Part shown: positions 1 through 10,564 of the stretch, piece by piece
Layout of the letters: each line of letters opens with the position of its first letter
Position numbering within the stretch: the first letter of the stretch is position 1
From: an uncultured Bdellovibrionales bacterium
GTDB taxonomy: Bacteria > Bdellovibrionota > Bdellovibrionia > Bdellovibrionales > JAMPXM01
Direction of reading: 5' to 3'
Assembly: GCA_964543475.1 (NCBI GenBank)
Contig: CAZIYJ010000012.1
Coordinates: 25,951 to 89,950, forward strand
Length of the DNA stretch: 64,000 nt
Notes under the pieces: model-generated
Databases searched by the model: none
What the model saw: only the letters and a program-made list of their open reading frames with translations
Told to the model about the DNA's origin: nothing
Made by a program: the position numbers and the translations under genes

Positions 1-758
1 TTTTCACTTCGTCCGCCAAAAATTGCCGACTTGGTTTGTGGCCAAAAGTGGTCTGCTAAAAGCGCTTCACCATTTTGATCAGCCGGATAACTTTTTAAAT
101 CTATGAACTGTTTGAATCTGCTCGCCGAATCTCGATAAAGAAATTCTGAGAACTCTCGTGACACAACTTTCTCGCGATCAGAAAAGACTATGGTCATCGC
201 GGTGCTCGGCGACATTACCGAAGCAGTCTCTGAATCAAATCCCGCTAAACCGAAAAGAACCGTCGCACCCGGGGTCGGCGATAACTGATCACGCGCAGAA
301 ATTCCGCTCGCGATTGACGCAACATAAGCTCCTTTTGAATGACCCGAAAAAACAACCTGATCTACAGAAAGCTGAGGCTGCGATTTAATAGCGCACATAG
401 ACATAGCGATGTAATCACCGGCCATGCGGGTCCAATCTTGGTCGAAAAATCCTTTGTCATACATCGGGAAGACAACTGCGATTCCCTTTTTAGCAATATG
501 CTCAAAAGTACCCGTATAGTGCTCTAGCTTGAGTGCCTGTCCATGACCGAAGACAACAACCGGGACTTTCTTTTTAGCATCTTGAAGTTTTGGGGCGTAA
601 ACAGTGACGTCTCTCCCTAAGCACTTCATTGCCTGCACTGTGAACTGATGAGTGTAGGTTTTGCTGCCAGGGTGATCAGAATCTGAGGGAGCAGGTGGCG
701 CCGCGTGGGCATTGATTGATAAGAAAAGTAAAATGATGAACTTAATTGATACTCTCAA
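1..758 (-). CDS. Secreted alpha/beta hydrolase (dienelactone-hydrolase/chlorophyllase-like), C-terminus outside window
   Basis: Hand translation of the minus strand is open from TTG 758 to the window edge, with GGAGG 4 nt upstream of the TTG. The N-terminus MRVSIKFIILLFLSINAHA looks like a signal peptide. VVVFGHG and the nucleophile elbow GHSKG are present. The + strand ORFs at 158..388 and 339..527 are its shadows. Confidence 0.55.
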   Translation of the reverse strand, partial: MRVSIKFIILLFLSINAHAAPPAPSDSDHPGSKTYTHQFTVQAMKCLGRDVTVYAPKLQDAKKKVPVVVFGHGQALKLEHYTGTFEHIAKKGIAVVFPMYDKGFFDQDWTRMAGDYIAMSMCAIKSQPQLSVDQVVFSGHSKGAYVASIASGISARDQLSPTPGATVLFGLAGFDSETASVMSPSTAMTIVFSDREKVVSREFSEFLYRDSASRFKQFIDLKSYPADQNGEALLADHFWPQTKSAIFGGRSE

Positions 759-828
759 TTTGCCTCCATTATCGCAATACGACTAAGATAGGTGCTTTTC
801 AAGCCTGAATCAATGTGGAAGGTCGTAA

Positions 829-2219
<1,391 letters not shown>

Positions 2220-2220
<1 letters not shown>

Positions 2221-2669
2221 TGCGATTATTTCGAGCTTTCATTTTCTTACTTTTCATTATTTCAACCAGCGCGTGCTCGACCGTCGCGCTGCTTAAAGAC
2301 CCGCCGAAAGTAAAACTGAAAGATGTGCGCTTGCAGGAAACTGACTTCAAGACGGCGATTCTTAATATCATTCTCGAAGTTGAAAATAAAAACTCGGCCT
2401 CAGCGACCGTCCGAAAACTCAACTACAATTTGTCGGTTAACGAGAAGGAATTAGCCTCTGGAATTTTTGATAAAAAAGTTGAGCTTGCTGCAAATCAAAT
2501 TACTCGAGTTGCAATTCCAATTAGCGTAAAGCTTGAGGATATTGTTTCTTCGGCCTTTGCTTTACTTCAAAATAAGGGTGCTCCCTACCGCGTAAAAGGC
2601 ACTGTTGCCGTTGGACTCTTTGAAATTCCATTCGACGAGTCAGGCAAAATTGATCTCGAGAAACAATGA
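2220..2669 (+). CDS. LEA14/LEA_2-like (water-stress/NDR1-HIN1-like) lipoprotein
   Basis: The start forms a TAATG overlap with the asnS stop. The signal peptide has lipobox-like STSAC. The beta-rich pattern VKLKDVRLQETDFKTAILNIILEVENKN matches the LEA_2 fold pattern. Confidence 0.45.
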
Positions 2670-2877
2670 AACTGCCTCTCTCATAACCAGGTAAAATCGA
2701 CAGAATTTTTTACTACTCTACTCTACGACGTCGTTTACGACGTCTAATCGAAGCCTTTGCGATCAAAGTGACGATTTCGGGCGCGCGTCTTGAATTGATT
2801 TCGAGAGGCTTCTTAAAAAATTGAGAAAATTGCCACAAAAGCATTTAATTCACCTCACAGGAACGGGGGTTCCAGAT

Positions 2878-3762
2878 ATGGAAACAACAATGGGCAATAG
2901 TCTAAACAGGAATTCAAAAATAATCGGCGCGGCAGCGTTACTCATCAGCTTATCTGCTTGCGGCCAAGGCTTCAAAACTCGTCAATCTCGTGAACTAACT
3001 GCTGACGGTACAAACGTTCAAAATTTTGCAGTCATTCTAAAAAATAAAGATGTTCAGTTTGAGCGAACGCCAGCGGCTGCACCCGCTGCAAAAGCACCTG
3101 CTACACAACAGCACACTGCGAAGATTCCTGCGAAGGTTCCTGCTAACGATAACCAGCCAGTGAAGTTTAGGTTCGTAACTTTAAATGCAGCCGGTGAAAC
3201 GAAAGTTTTTGAGAAGTTTAAGCACATTGATCCAAAGCGTGAGATCAATACGAAACTTCTCAAAGATGCGTTGACGTTCTTTTACGTTAACCAATCGAAC
3301 TTCTCCAATACAAAAGTGATCACAGTGATCGACTACTCACGCCCTTCAAGTGCAAAACGACTTTATGTAATTGAAATGAGTACTGGCCGTGTTTGGAGCA
3401 CTTACGTTGCGCACGGGCGTGGCTCTGATCGTAACCATGACGGGATGCCTGAAGTGTTCAACAATAAACTCAATAGCTATGCGACTTCTGTAGGGCCTTA
3501 CCTAACATTGGGAACATACCAAGGCGATCACGGACTCTCGCTTCGTTTAAAAGGTCTTTCTAAATTTAATTCGAATGCACTTGATCGCAATATTGTAATT
3601 CACGGCGCATCGTATGTTCGCGACACGGCGGCGAAACAAGGGCGTAGCTTGGGTTGCCCGGCGGTTGCTCCTAAGTACACGTCTAAATTAATTAGCGCTA
3701 TCAAAGGTGGAAGCCTCGTCTACTCGGGCGCGAGTAAACCATCGAATCACCGCCAACTCTAG
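2878..3762 (+). CDS. L,D-transpeptidase catalytic-domain family lipoprotein (YkuD_2-like), paralog 1
   Basis: C-terminal motifs HGRGSD, GLSLRLKGLS, NIVIHGASYV, KQGRSLGCPAV and IKGGSLVYSG are shared with the ORFs at 11767 and 14284. Lipobox LSAC is followed by an Ala/Pro-rich linker. ATG 2878 follows a GGGGG-rich RBS. The ORF-track TTG 2821 start is less likely. Confidence 0.75.
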   Translation: METTMGNSLNRNSKIIGAAALLISLSACGQGFKTRQSRELTADGTNVQNFAVILKNKDVQFERTPAAAPAAKAPATQQHTAKIPAKVPANDNQPVKFRFVTLNAAGETKVFEKFKHIDPKREINTKLLKDALTFFYVNQSNFSNTKVITVIDYSRPSSAKRLYVIEMSTGRVWSTYVAHGRGSDRNHDGMPEVFNNKLNSYATSVGPYLTLGTYQGDHGLSLRLKGLSKFNSNALDRNIVIHGASYVRDTAAKQGRSLGCPAVAPKYTSKLISAIKGGSLVYSGASKPSNHRQL

Positions 3763-3894
3763 AGCCCGACATTAGTTAGGTTCAGCACAACCGACTTCCG
3801 ACGATGGGCTAGCTTCACGGCTAGACCCAACTCGCATCGCTTGTTTCCAAGTATTCTATTTATTCATTGATCAAAAAATTGGGAGTTCAAAGGA

Positions 3895-5268
3895 ATGAAC
3901 CTATCACTCAAGAGCTTAGCTCTGAGATCTGCCGTACTTATTTCGTCTCTCGTTCTTTTTGCAAACTGCGGACCTAATAACGAAAGCGCTCAGCAAGATG
4001 TTGGCGGCGACGATCCCGTTGCAACCGAAAACTCGAAGTCTTCGAAAACTTTTGGCTATCGAGTGATGCTTAACAATGATCCATCAACAACTGCAACGAT
4101 CGGTTACAGCACTAACCAATCGACTTCTGTTAGCGTTCCGGGTTCAAAAATTCCAGCTAAAGAACTTACGGAAATGAACACCAAAGTTTACGTCGACACG
4201 AAAGATAAAGGTCTCGCCTACCAAAATTATTCGAACTCCTATGCTCCAACAAGAACTGTCGAGCACAAAGGTATGTTCAATTACTTCCTACAACTTAAAG
4301 GTTTGAAGCCATCAACGACATACTACTTTATGATCACTGACGGCAAAGGCGGAGTCAGCCGAAGACTATGGTTTAAGACCGCCGCAGATTCAAATGCGAC
4401 TCGGTTATCAATTATTTCTGGCGGCGACACGCGCACCAATCGAAAGCCACGCCAAGACGGAATGAAGATTGTCGCAAAACTTCGCCCCGACGTGGTCATG
4501 TTCCAAGGCGACCACACAACCTTGAATTCAGATTGGGAATGGGAACGTTGGCTTGGCGATTGGCAGCTGACGATTGCTGATGACGGCAGAGTCACTCCAA
4601 CAATTTTTACTCGCGGCAATCATGAGTCTTCAAATAAAGACCTCGAGAATATCTTTGATACGCCAACGGGAGTTTATTATGGCGTCACTTTTGGGAAAGA
4701 TCTCCTTCGAGTTTACACTCTCAATTCAGAATCAGCCGTCACAGGTGACCAAACAAAATGGTTAAGTTCAGATCTAAGCGCAAACTCTCATGTTGCCTGG
4801 AAGTTTGCTCAATACCACAGCCCGATTCGCCCGCACACAGCTGGCAAAAAAGATGAGACTGCAATGTATCAATCATGGGCCCCACTCTTCTACTCTGGCC
4901 GTATGAATGTAGTTGCCGAAGCTGATGCGCATGTAGTGAAAGTGACATGGCCGGTGCGCCCTTCTGCAGGCGGCGAGGCAGGATTCGAACGTGATGATCA
5001 GAACGGAACAGTGTTTATTGGCGAAGGCACCTGGGGTGCTCCGCTTCGCAAAAACGACAATCTAAAAAATTGGACTCGAGATAGCGGGCGTTTCAATAGC
5101 TTCTTTTGGATCTTCGTCGATAAATCAAAAACCGAAATTCGCTCAGTCGTGATCGAAAATCCCGAAGCTGTCGCGAAAATTTCTGATACAAATCGATTTT
5201 CGATTCCCGCTGGCTTAAATATTTGGAAGGCACCTAACGGCTCTGTCGTTACTCTCCAAAATCGATAA
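3895..5268 (+). CDS. Secreted metallophosphoesterase, purple-acid-phosphatase-like
   Basis: Lipoprotein signal LFANCG. The calcineurin-like motif series is present: SGGDTR, FQGDHT, RGNHES, YHSPIRPH, EADAHV. The N-terminal region is beta-rich, like a PAP N-domain. Confidence 0.7.
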   Translation: MNLSLKSLALRSAVLISSLVLFANCGPNNESAQQDVGGDDPVATENSKSSKTFGYRVMLNNDPSTTATIGYSTNQSTSVSVPGSKIPAKELTEMNTKVYVDTKDKGLAYQNYSNSYAPTRTVEHKGMFNYFLQLKGLKPSTTYYFMITDGKGGVSRRLWFKTAADSNATRLSIISGGDTRTNRKPRQDGMKIVAKLRPDVVMFQGDHTTLNSDWEWERWLGDWQLTIADDGRVTPTIFTRGNHESSNKDLENIFDTPTGVYYGVTFGKDLLRVYTLNSESAVTGDQTKWLSSDLSANSHVAWKFAQYHSPIRPHTAGKKDETAMYQSWAPLFYSGRMNVVAEADAHVVKVTWPVRPSAGGEAGFERDDQNGTVFIGEGTWGAPLRKNDNLKNWTRDSGRFNSFFWIFVDKSKTEIRSVVIENPEAVAKISDTNRFSIPAGLNIWKAPNGSVVTLQNR

Positions 5269-5476
5269 GCAGAACTCTCAAAGCTCTGTCTCAAATTGAA
5301 ACATTTCATTTCATCACCTGCCAAAACTTGGCAGGCCCCTTGCACTTTAAGCTGAGCAGTAGACTTTATTAGAGACGCCTAACAGATCGCAGATCAGATC
5401 TGTTTAAAGCAGAGTCTCAGTAACAGTCTTAGACAGTGTTTAGAAGTTAACTGTCGCGTTTTCATAGGGGGCTCCT

Positions 5477-5959
5477 TTGCAATTAGTAATTATGGTCATT
5501 GCCGCGATATCAGTGCTCACAGCAGCCCTTATTGGTGAAGTTGGCAATTGGACCAATCGTTCTACTGTGATTTCTCAAATTAACACTCCGAGCGACGCAC
5601 ACTTGCGCGATGTTCAACAAGCGAAAACTCAAATTGAAAAGATCAAAGCGCGAAATGCAATTCAAGACCTCTCGCTTCGAGATCCGAGTGATGCCTGTAA
5701 AGATCGAGCTAACGAATTAGCAAAAGATCGTGGTCGCGCAAGGTACGCATGGGCTGACACAGTTAAAGTCGCCCGCACGCGAAAAATCAAAACTGCCCAA
5801 GGTAACCCTGCGTTCTTAATTAACGTAAAGGCCGACAGCGAGCGCACATTCTGCGCTGTGATCTTCGAAAACTCATCATGCAAAGTCGATATGCTCACGT
5901 GCTCAGAAGAGCAGAAACAACTTCAAGTTGCTCGCTTTGGAAAATTAGCTGCGAAGTAA
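5477..5959 (+). CDS. Hypothetical membrane-anchored protein
   Basis: TTG start lies 5 nt after AGGGGG. There is one N-terminal TM helix. No family recognised. Confidence 0.4.
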   Translation: MQLVIMVIAAISVLTAALIGEVGNWTNRSTVISQINTPSDAHLRDVQQAKTQIEKIKARNAIQDLSLRDPSDACKDRANELAKDRGRARYAWADTVKVARTRKIKTAQGNPAFLINVKADSERTFCAVIFENSSCKVDMLTCSEEQKQLQVARFGKLAAK

Positions 5960-6769
5960 ACGCAGCCCCTTCGGGAGTCGCTCAAGTAAATCTTCTGGCA
6001 TCAGACTGAGCTGGTCATTGCGGTCACTGATCCACTGATCAGCTAGCCAACCATGAATGAATGCTCCCAGACACGCAGCCTCCTCTGGCTTAAGCCCTTG
6101 AGAAAGTAAACCCGCAATCATTCCTGTGAGAACATCACCCGTACCCGCCTTTGCTAAGGCGGCATTACCCGATTGAATTTCTGTAAGCGAGTCGGCTGCA
6201 ATCAACGTCCGGTTGCCTTTAAGTAAACAAATGCATCCAAGTTTGTCCTGAGCTCTCTTGATCGCATTTTTTCGATCACTTTTTACAACCCGCGAGCTAA
6301 CACCAATGATGCGTGCAAGCTCTGCTTCATGTGGAGTCGCAATCCATGTTGGCGGAAGCGGCCACCATTTATTTTGGGAACAAATATTTAAAGCATCAGC
6401 GTCGATGACTACTTTCTCTGGAGCGTTCTTGATCAATTGCTTCAAATAACTTTCAGCTCTCTTTGATTTGCCCAGTCCCGGCCCAATGGCGATAGCACTT
6501 GCAAGATTGAACGGAATTTTATTCTTTGCAGAATCAACCACCAAAAAACTTGGATGTTTCACAGTCAAAAACGCACTCTTTGGCGAATATAAGTAAACGT
6601 ACCCTGAGCCTATGCGAGCGGCGGATTCAGATGCTAAGACAGCCGCTCCGTACATTCCCTCTGAGCCAGCAATGATTAAGCTACGACCTGCAGAAGACTT
6701 GTTATCAGTCTTTTTTCGAACCGGAATAAGCTTGCGAGCTTCTTTAGCCCCGAATTTTTTGAGTCGCAT
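5945..6769 (-). CDS. nnrD: ADP-dependent NAD(P)H-hydrate dehydratase (YjeF C-terminal type)
   Basis: Motifs GRSLIIAGSEGMYGAAVLA, GPGLG, VIDADAL, TPHEAELARI and the C-terminal AGTGDVLTGMIAGLL are characteristic of this carbohydrate-kinase-fold family. Confidence 0.85.
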   Translation of the reverse strand: MRLKKFGAKEARKLIPVRKKTDNKSSAGRSLIIAGSEGMYGAAVLASESAARIGSGYVYLYSPKSAFLTVKHPSFLVVDSAKNKIPFNLASAIAIGPGLGKSKRAESYLKQLIKNAPEKVVIDADALNICSQNKWWPLPPTWIATPHEAELARIIGVSSRVVKSDRKNAIKRAQDKLGCICLLKGNRTLIAADSLTEIQSGNAALAKAGTGDVLTGMIAGLLSQGLKPEEAACLGAFIHGWLADQWISDRNDQLSLMPEDLLERLPKGLRLLRS

Positions 6770-7568
6770 TTCGAATCACCTGAAAGTAAAAAGCTCCGCC
6801 AAATAACAAGCCCGTGATCGCTAGCGGAAGGATAAAACCACGGTAGCCAGCCTGCCGAAATAAAAAGGCACCGACAACTGAGCCCGCTATGAACGAGAAA
6901 ATAATTCCGCCTCTCATCCAGTTAGCTTTTATATCATCGCACACATTGCCAAGCGCTTTACGATTTAAAACACGAACAATTCCGATACCTAAATCTGTGG
7001 TAATGCCGGTTAAGTGAGTTGTCCGAACTACTGCTCGTGAAACTGAAGTCACGGTCGCATTCTGAATTCCGCAGATCAAACAAAGCAGTGCAAGCATCGC
7101 GTAGTCGCGTCTCAGCGCCAAGGGCTCGCCAAACATCCCAAAGAGATTATTGAACCCTCCGACAACAACACAAAGTAAAAGCAAAAACATAACGGCAAAT
7201 GCGATGTAGTACTTTGGCTTCTTGTTAGTTCGAAGGCGTAAATCAACCAGGTATCCACTCACCATTGCCCCGCAAAGAAACCAAAACGGCACAAGTAACA
7301 TTCCGATGGCAGCTGAATAGCTTCCGGCGCTTAGGTCTGAGCCAAAAAAAGTTGCAAAACCAGTCACGTGCGAGACAAATCTGTGACAGGCAAGAAAGCC
7401 ACCGACATTCAGAACTCCGCCTTGAAATGCGAGAGCCATCCACACAGCAATGTTGCTGGGAGTGTAAGCCGCAATTGTTTGATTCCCGTAGATCATGAGG
7501 AAAACTATAGTAGATCGCTTTGTGCAGGCCAAGGCGTATAACGCTGTAGAACTTCTTAACAGCGCCAT
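6744..7568 (-). CDS. YoaK/DUF1275 family inner-membrane protein
   Basis: Polytopic membrane protein with HVTGFATFFG and TTHLTGITTDLGIGI, typical of UPF0700/DUF1275. Confidence 0.7.
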   Translation of the reverse strand: MALLRSSTALYALACTKRSTIVFLMIYGNQTIAAYTPSNIAVWMALAFQGGVLNVGGFLACHRFVSHVTGFATFFGSDLSAGSYSAAIGMLLVPFWFLCGAMVSGYLVDLRLRTNKKPKYYIAFAVMFLLLLCVVVGGFNNLFGMFGEPLALRRDYAMLALLCLICGIQNATVTSVSRAVVRTTHLTGITTDLGIGIVRVLNRKALGNVCDDIKANWMRGGIIFSFIAGSVVGAFLFRQAGYRGFILPLAITGLLFGGAFYFQVIRNATQKIRG

Positions 7569-7645
7569 ACCTCTAGCGCCAATCGATTCGGACAGCTTTT
7601 AGAGCCGCCTATTTGCAATAGGCACCATTTGCGACGGTTCGAGTA

Positions 7646-9247
7646 TTGCTTTTGGTAGATAACGTGAAAACTCGCATGTCTGGACTTAAAGCTAAACGAG
7701 CCTCGACAGGAAGGATCATTGCAGTTGCAGTGACTTGCATAAGCCTCTTATCACAAGCTACTTTTGCGAGTACCTTGCACCCGGCGGCACAGACTTTCAG
7801 TCTGCAAAACTGGAAACAAACTGCTCAGGCACTTCGCCCGCGATTCATGACCACCATCCGACCAACAGCTGCGCAAATTAATCAAAAGAACGTAGAAGGA
7901 AAATACAAATCAACTCATATCGGTCAAGCTGGCCGAGTTTTAATTTTAATGACGGCCCTTGCCGGTGTCGAACTTGTGCGCCGACAAGCAAGACAAGCCA
8001 AGCTTTCTGGAAAGACGCTTTCAACAGAAGAATACTCTAAGCTTGCAGCAGAAGCCGCACTCAAAGTCGCAGATAGCGGCGATGTCTGGTTTGGTATCGC
8101 AAGCGATCTTGGCATCGGAGCCATCTCTAAAAAGCCAGTTGCGGCATTAAACGAAGTTCTCAAAAACAAAGTTGCCCGCCCGATTTTTATTAATCTTATT
8201 CAAAGCGGCATCATGTCGTTGATCTACTTTGTCGGTTTTCAAGCTTGTGCACAACTCTGGCGTGACGCCCGCCTCATGCTTGATCCAAAAGACTACGACA
8301 AGTCTGAGAGAATTTGGAGCATGGGGTTTAGCGCCCTTGTCGACACGGCAAATTCAAATAATAATTCTGACGAAGCTCGAATTACTCGTTTGATGATTGG
8401 AAACGTAGCAAAAATTTTATTTTTCGACGATGAGTTGCGTGAAAACTGGTTTTACAATACCTGGAGACTTGCGATCGCGACTGGTCGATTCGTAACTCTT
8501 GTAACTGGAATCATCACAGCAACCACTGTCGGAACAACGCTTTTTCCTGGCGCAGGCACCATCCTCGGATTTATGTTCGCACTCACTGGTGCTCTTGCGG
8601 CTGCAGCACTCCCAGCGTCATTCACTGAAAAGGTGACCTTTAAGTTAAAAGATGTACGAATTGCTTTTGCGAAACACGAAGCGCGACAGTTTAATTGGCG
8701 ATTAAAAAAATTAATTGATGCATATTCCAACGAAAACATCTTTTGGCAACTCATGAGCAGTAAAAAAGAGATTACTAAAACATTCGAGCTTTTAACTGAT
8801 ATTCGTGAGCGGGTCACAACAGCATTCATTGAAGAAATTTATTTGGCTAATACGAACATTCAAAAATACACCCACGAGCTCGAGGTAGCGAAGGCTCATA
8901 AAAGAATCCAGGCTGCTAACGAAGCACAAAATCTTCTCGAGCGCCAAACGCTCTATCGCAATGGTATTTTGCAGAAGATGGTCTCATTCTATCGTTTACA
9001 ATTCAAAAATTTAGACAAAATCAAGGTGACTTCAACCACGCCACTTTCGGTCATCGGCCAGCTCGATAAACAAAAAGTCGAGGTTGCAAGTATTCATAGT
9101 TTCTTAAAGACTTTCTCTCAGGCATTGGTGCAACCGTCTCTTTATCCGTCAAGTGAACAAGTTCTACAAAATTTCTATCTGCGCTCATTCAAAGAGCCAA
9201 CCATCTTCCGAATTAGCGGAATACCTGTAGACTCAAATCCGAGATGA
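7646..9247 (+). CDS. Hypothetical membrane protein with C-terminal coiled coil (first gene of the Hsp70-like/J-protein operon)
   Basis: Signal/anchor AVAVTCISLLSQATFAS. Hydrophobic segments occur near residues 180-200 and 270-320. The C-terminal third is a long helix. ATG 7676 is an alternative start. The stop lies 18 nt before the next gene. Confidence 0.5.
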   Translation: MLLVDNVKTRMSGLKAKRASTGRIIAVAVTCISLLSQATFASTLHPAAQTFSLQNWKQTAQALRPRFMTTIRPTAAQINQKNVEGKYKSTHIGQAGRVLILMTALAGVELVRRQARQAKLSGKTLSTEEYSKLAAEAALKVADSGDVWFGIASDLGIGAISKKPVAALNEVLKNKVARPIFINLIQSGIMSLIYFVGFQACAQLWRDARLMLDPKDYDKSERIWSMGFSALVDTANSNNNSDEARITRLMIGNVAKILFFDDELRENWFYNTWRLAIATGRFVTLVTGIITATTVGTTLFPGAGTILGFMFALTGALAAAALPASFTEKVTFKLKDVRIAFAKHEARQFNWRLKKLIDAYSNENIFWQLMSSKKEITKTFELLTDIRERVTTAFIEEIYLANTNIQKYTHELEVAKAHKRIQAANEAQNLLERQTLYRNGILQKMVSFYRLQFKNLDKIKVTSTTPLSVIGQLDKQKVEVASIHSFLKTFSQALVQPSLYPSSEQVLQNFYLRSFKEPTIFRISGIPVDSNPR

Positions 9248-9265
9248 CTTTAGGCTTTTAGCTTC

Positions 9266-10555
9266 ATGTCGAAAACTCAATTAAATTCAAAGTCGGTTGT
9301 ATTTGCTATCGATTTTGGAACAAGCAACTCTCTCTTAGGCGCAACCGATGGTCGAATCGACATTCCGGCTGTTGCGCTCGATAGGACAGCACCAGATCCG
9401 AGTGTCCTTCGAAGTCTTTTATACTTTCCAAATCAGAGTCAGTGCTACTACGGGCAAGAAGCTGTTCAAATGTACAGCGAGAATCAAGCAGAAGGCCGAC
9501 TCATCCGATCGATAAAAAAGTTTCTTCCATCAGAGAACTTTCTTGGTTCATGGATCGACAATCGACTCGTCAGGCTAGAAGATCTCATCAGCTTCTTTTT
9601 GCTAGAGATGAAAAAGCGGGCTTCCGCTGAACTTGGAGTCGATTCAGATACAGTGCTTTTAGGCCGACCTGCAAAATTCTCAGATGACCCTGTCAAAGAC
9701 GGAATTGCCGAACATCGACTTAGAAAAGCGGCCACACTTGCAGGCTTTAAGAACATCGAGTTTTTGGCCGAGCCACTTGCCGCTGCATTTGAGCTTCGAA
9801 AGAAGCTTACTGAACCAAAAACTGTTTTGGTTGTCGACTTAGGTGGTGGCACTAGTGATTTCACAATTATCAAAATCGGCCCTCAGACTTTTAAGAACGA
9901 AGATTTGCTTGCGATGGGCGGAATCAGTATTGCGGGTGACGTCATTGATGGCTCATTTATGCAGGAAGAAATCGCACCCTGGTTTGGTTCAAAGGTGTCT
10001 TACAGACTTCCTCTGAGTTCGAACATCTTACAAATGCCCAAAAGTCTTCTCGATCACATTTGCTCGCCGGCCGACATCGCTCAACTTCGAAAAAGCGAAT
10101 ACTTTAATTTCTTTCAAGACGTTCAACGATGGGCTATCACGGCTGACGACAAAGCTCGTCTCGCAAGACTTTTTGTTTTGGTTGATGACCAACTTGGTTT
10201 TGATTTGTTTGAAAATATTGATAGCTGCAAGAGGCGCTTTACAACTGAGATGATTTCTCGATTTTCGTTTGACTACCCTGACATTGAAATCTCTATGGAC
10301 GTCGCGCGCGAAGATTTCGACCGGTTCGTTCATGGACCTTCCGAGAAGATTTTAAGAACAATGGACGACACAATTAAGGCCGCACAGATTTCTCCGGCGC
10401 AAATCGATCTGGTCTACTGCACGGGCGGAACATCGAAGTTAGCCTTGATTCAAAAAGGGCTTAGAGACCGATTTTCTGAAGAAAAAATTGTCAAAACTAA
10501 CTTCTTCCATTCCGTGACCGAGGGCCTCGTCGCTCGCGCTCGCGAATTGATGTAG
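9266..10555 (+). CDS. Hsp70-family ATPase, YegD-like (nucleotide-binding domain only)
   Basis: Actin/Hsp70 phosphate-1 motif FAIDFGTSNS and phosphate-2 motif VVDLGGGTSDFTIIK, plus adenosine motif YCTGGTSK. At 429 aa it has no room for a substrate-binding domain. The overall layout resembles E. coli YegD. Confidence 0.8.
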   Translation: MSKTQLNSKSVVFAIDFGTSNSLLGATDGRIDIPAVALDRTAPDPSVLRSLLYFPNQSQCYYGQEAVQMYSENQAEGRLIRSIKKFLPSENFLGSWIDNRLVRLEDLISFFLLEMKKRASAELGVDSDTVLLGRPAKFSDDPVKDGIAEHRLRKAATLAGFKNIEFLAEPLAAAFELRKKLTEPKTVLVVDLGGGTSDFTIIKIGPQTFKNEDLLAMGGISIAGDVIDGSFMQEEIAPWFGSKVSYRLPLSSNILQMPKSLLDHICSPADIAQLRKSEYFNFFQDVQRWAITADDKARLARLFVLVDDQLGFDLFENIDSCKRRFTTEMISRFSFDYPDIEISMDVAREDFDRFVHGPSEKILRTMDDTIKAAQISPAQIDLVYCTGGTSKLALIQKGLRDRFSEEKIVKTNFFHSVTEGLVARARELM

Positions 10556-10564
10556 ACTGCCAAC

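Noticed and set aside
158-527. Two + strand ORFs (76 and 62 aa) at the window start.
   Set aside because: They are shadows of the minus-strand alpha/beta hydrolase CDS (1-758), which has an RBS, a signal peptide and catalytic motifs.
5317-5335. Hairpin CCTGCCAA-AAC-TTGGCAGG after the phosphoesterase gene as a terminator.
   Set aside because: It is a perfect 8-bp stem, but no U-tract follows (CCCCTTGC). It may stabilise the transcript, and I did not list it as a terminator.
8452-10333. Minus-strand ORFs of 101-129 aa (8452-8829, 9484-9873, 10028-10333) inside the membrane-protein/Hsp70-like operon.
   Set aside because: They are fully embedded antisense to CDSs with clear motifs. They have no RBS and a Ser/Arg-rich composition.
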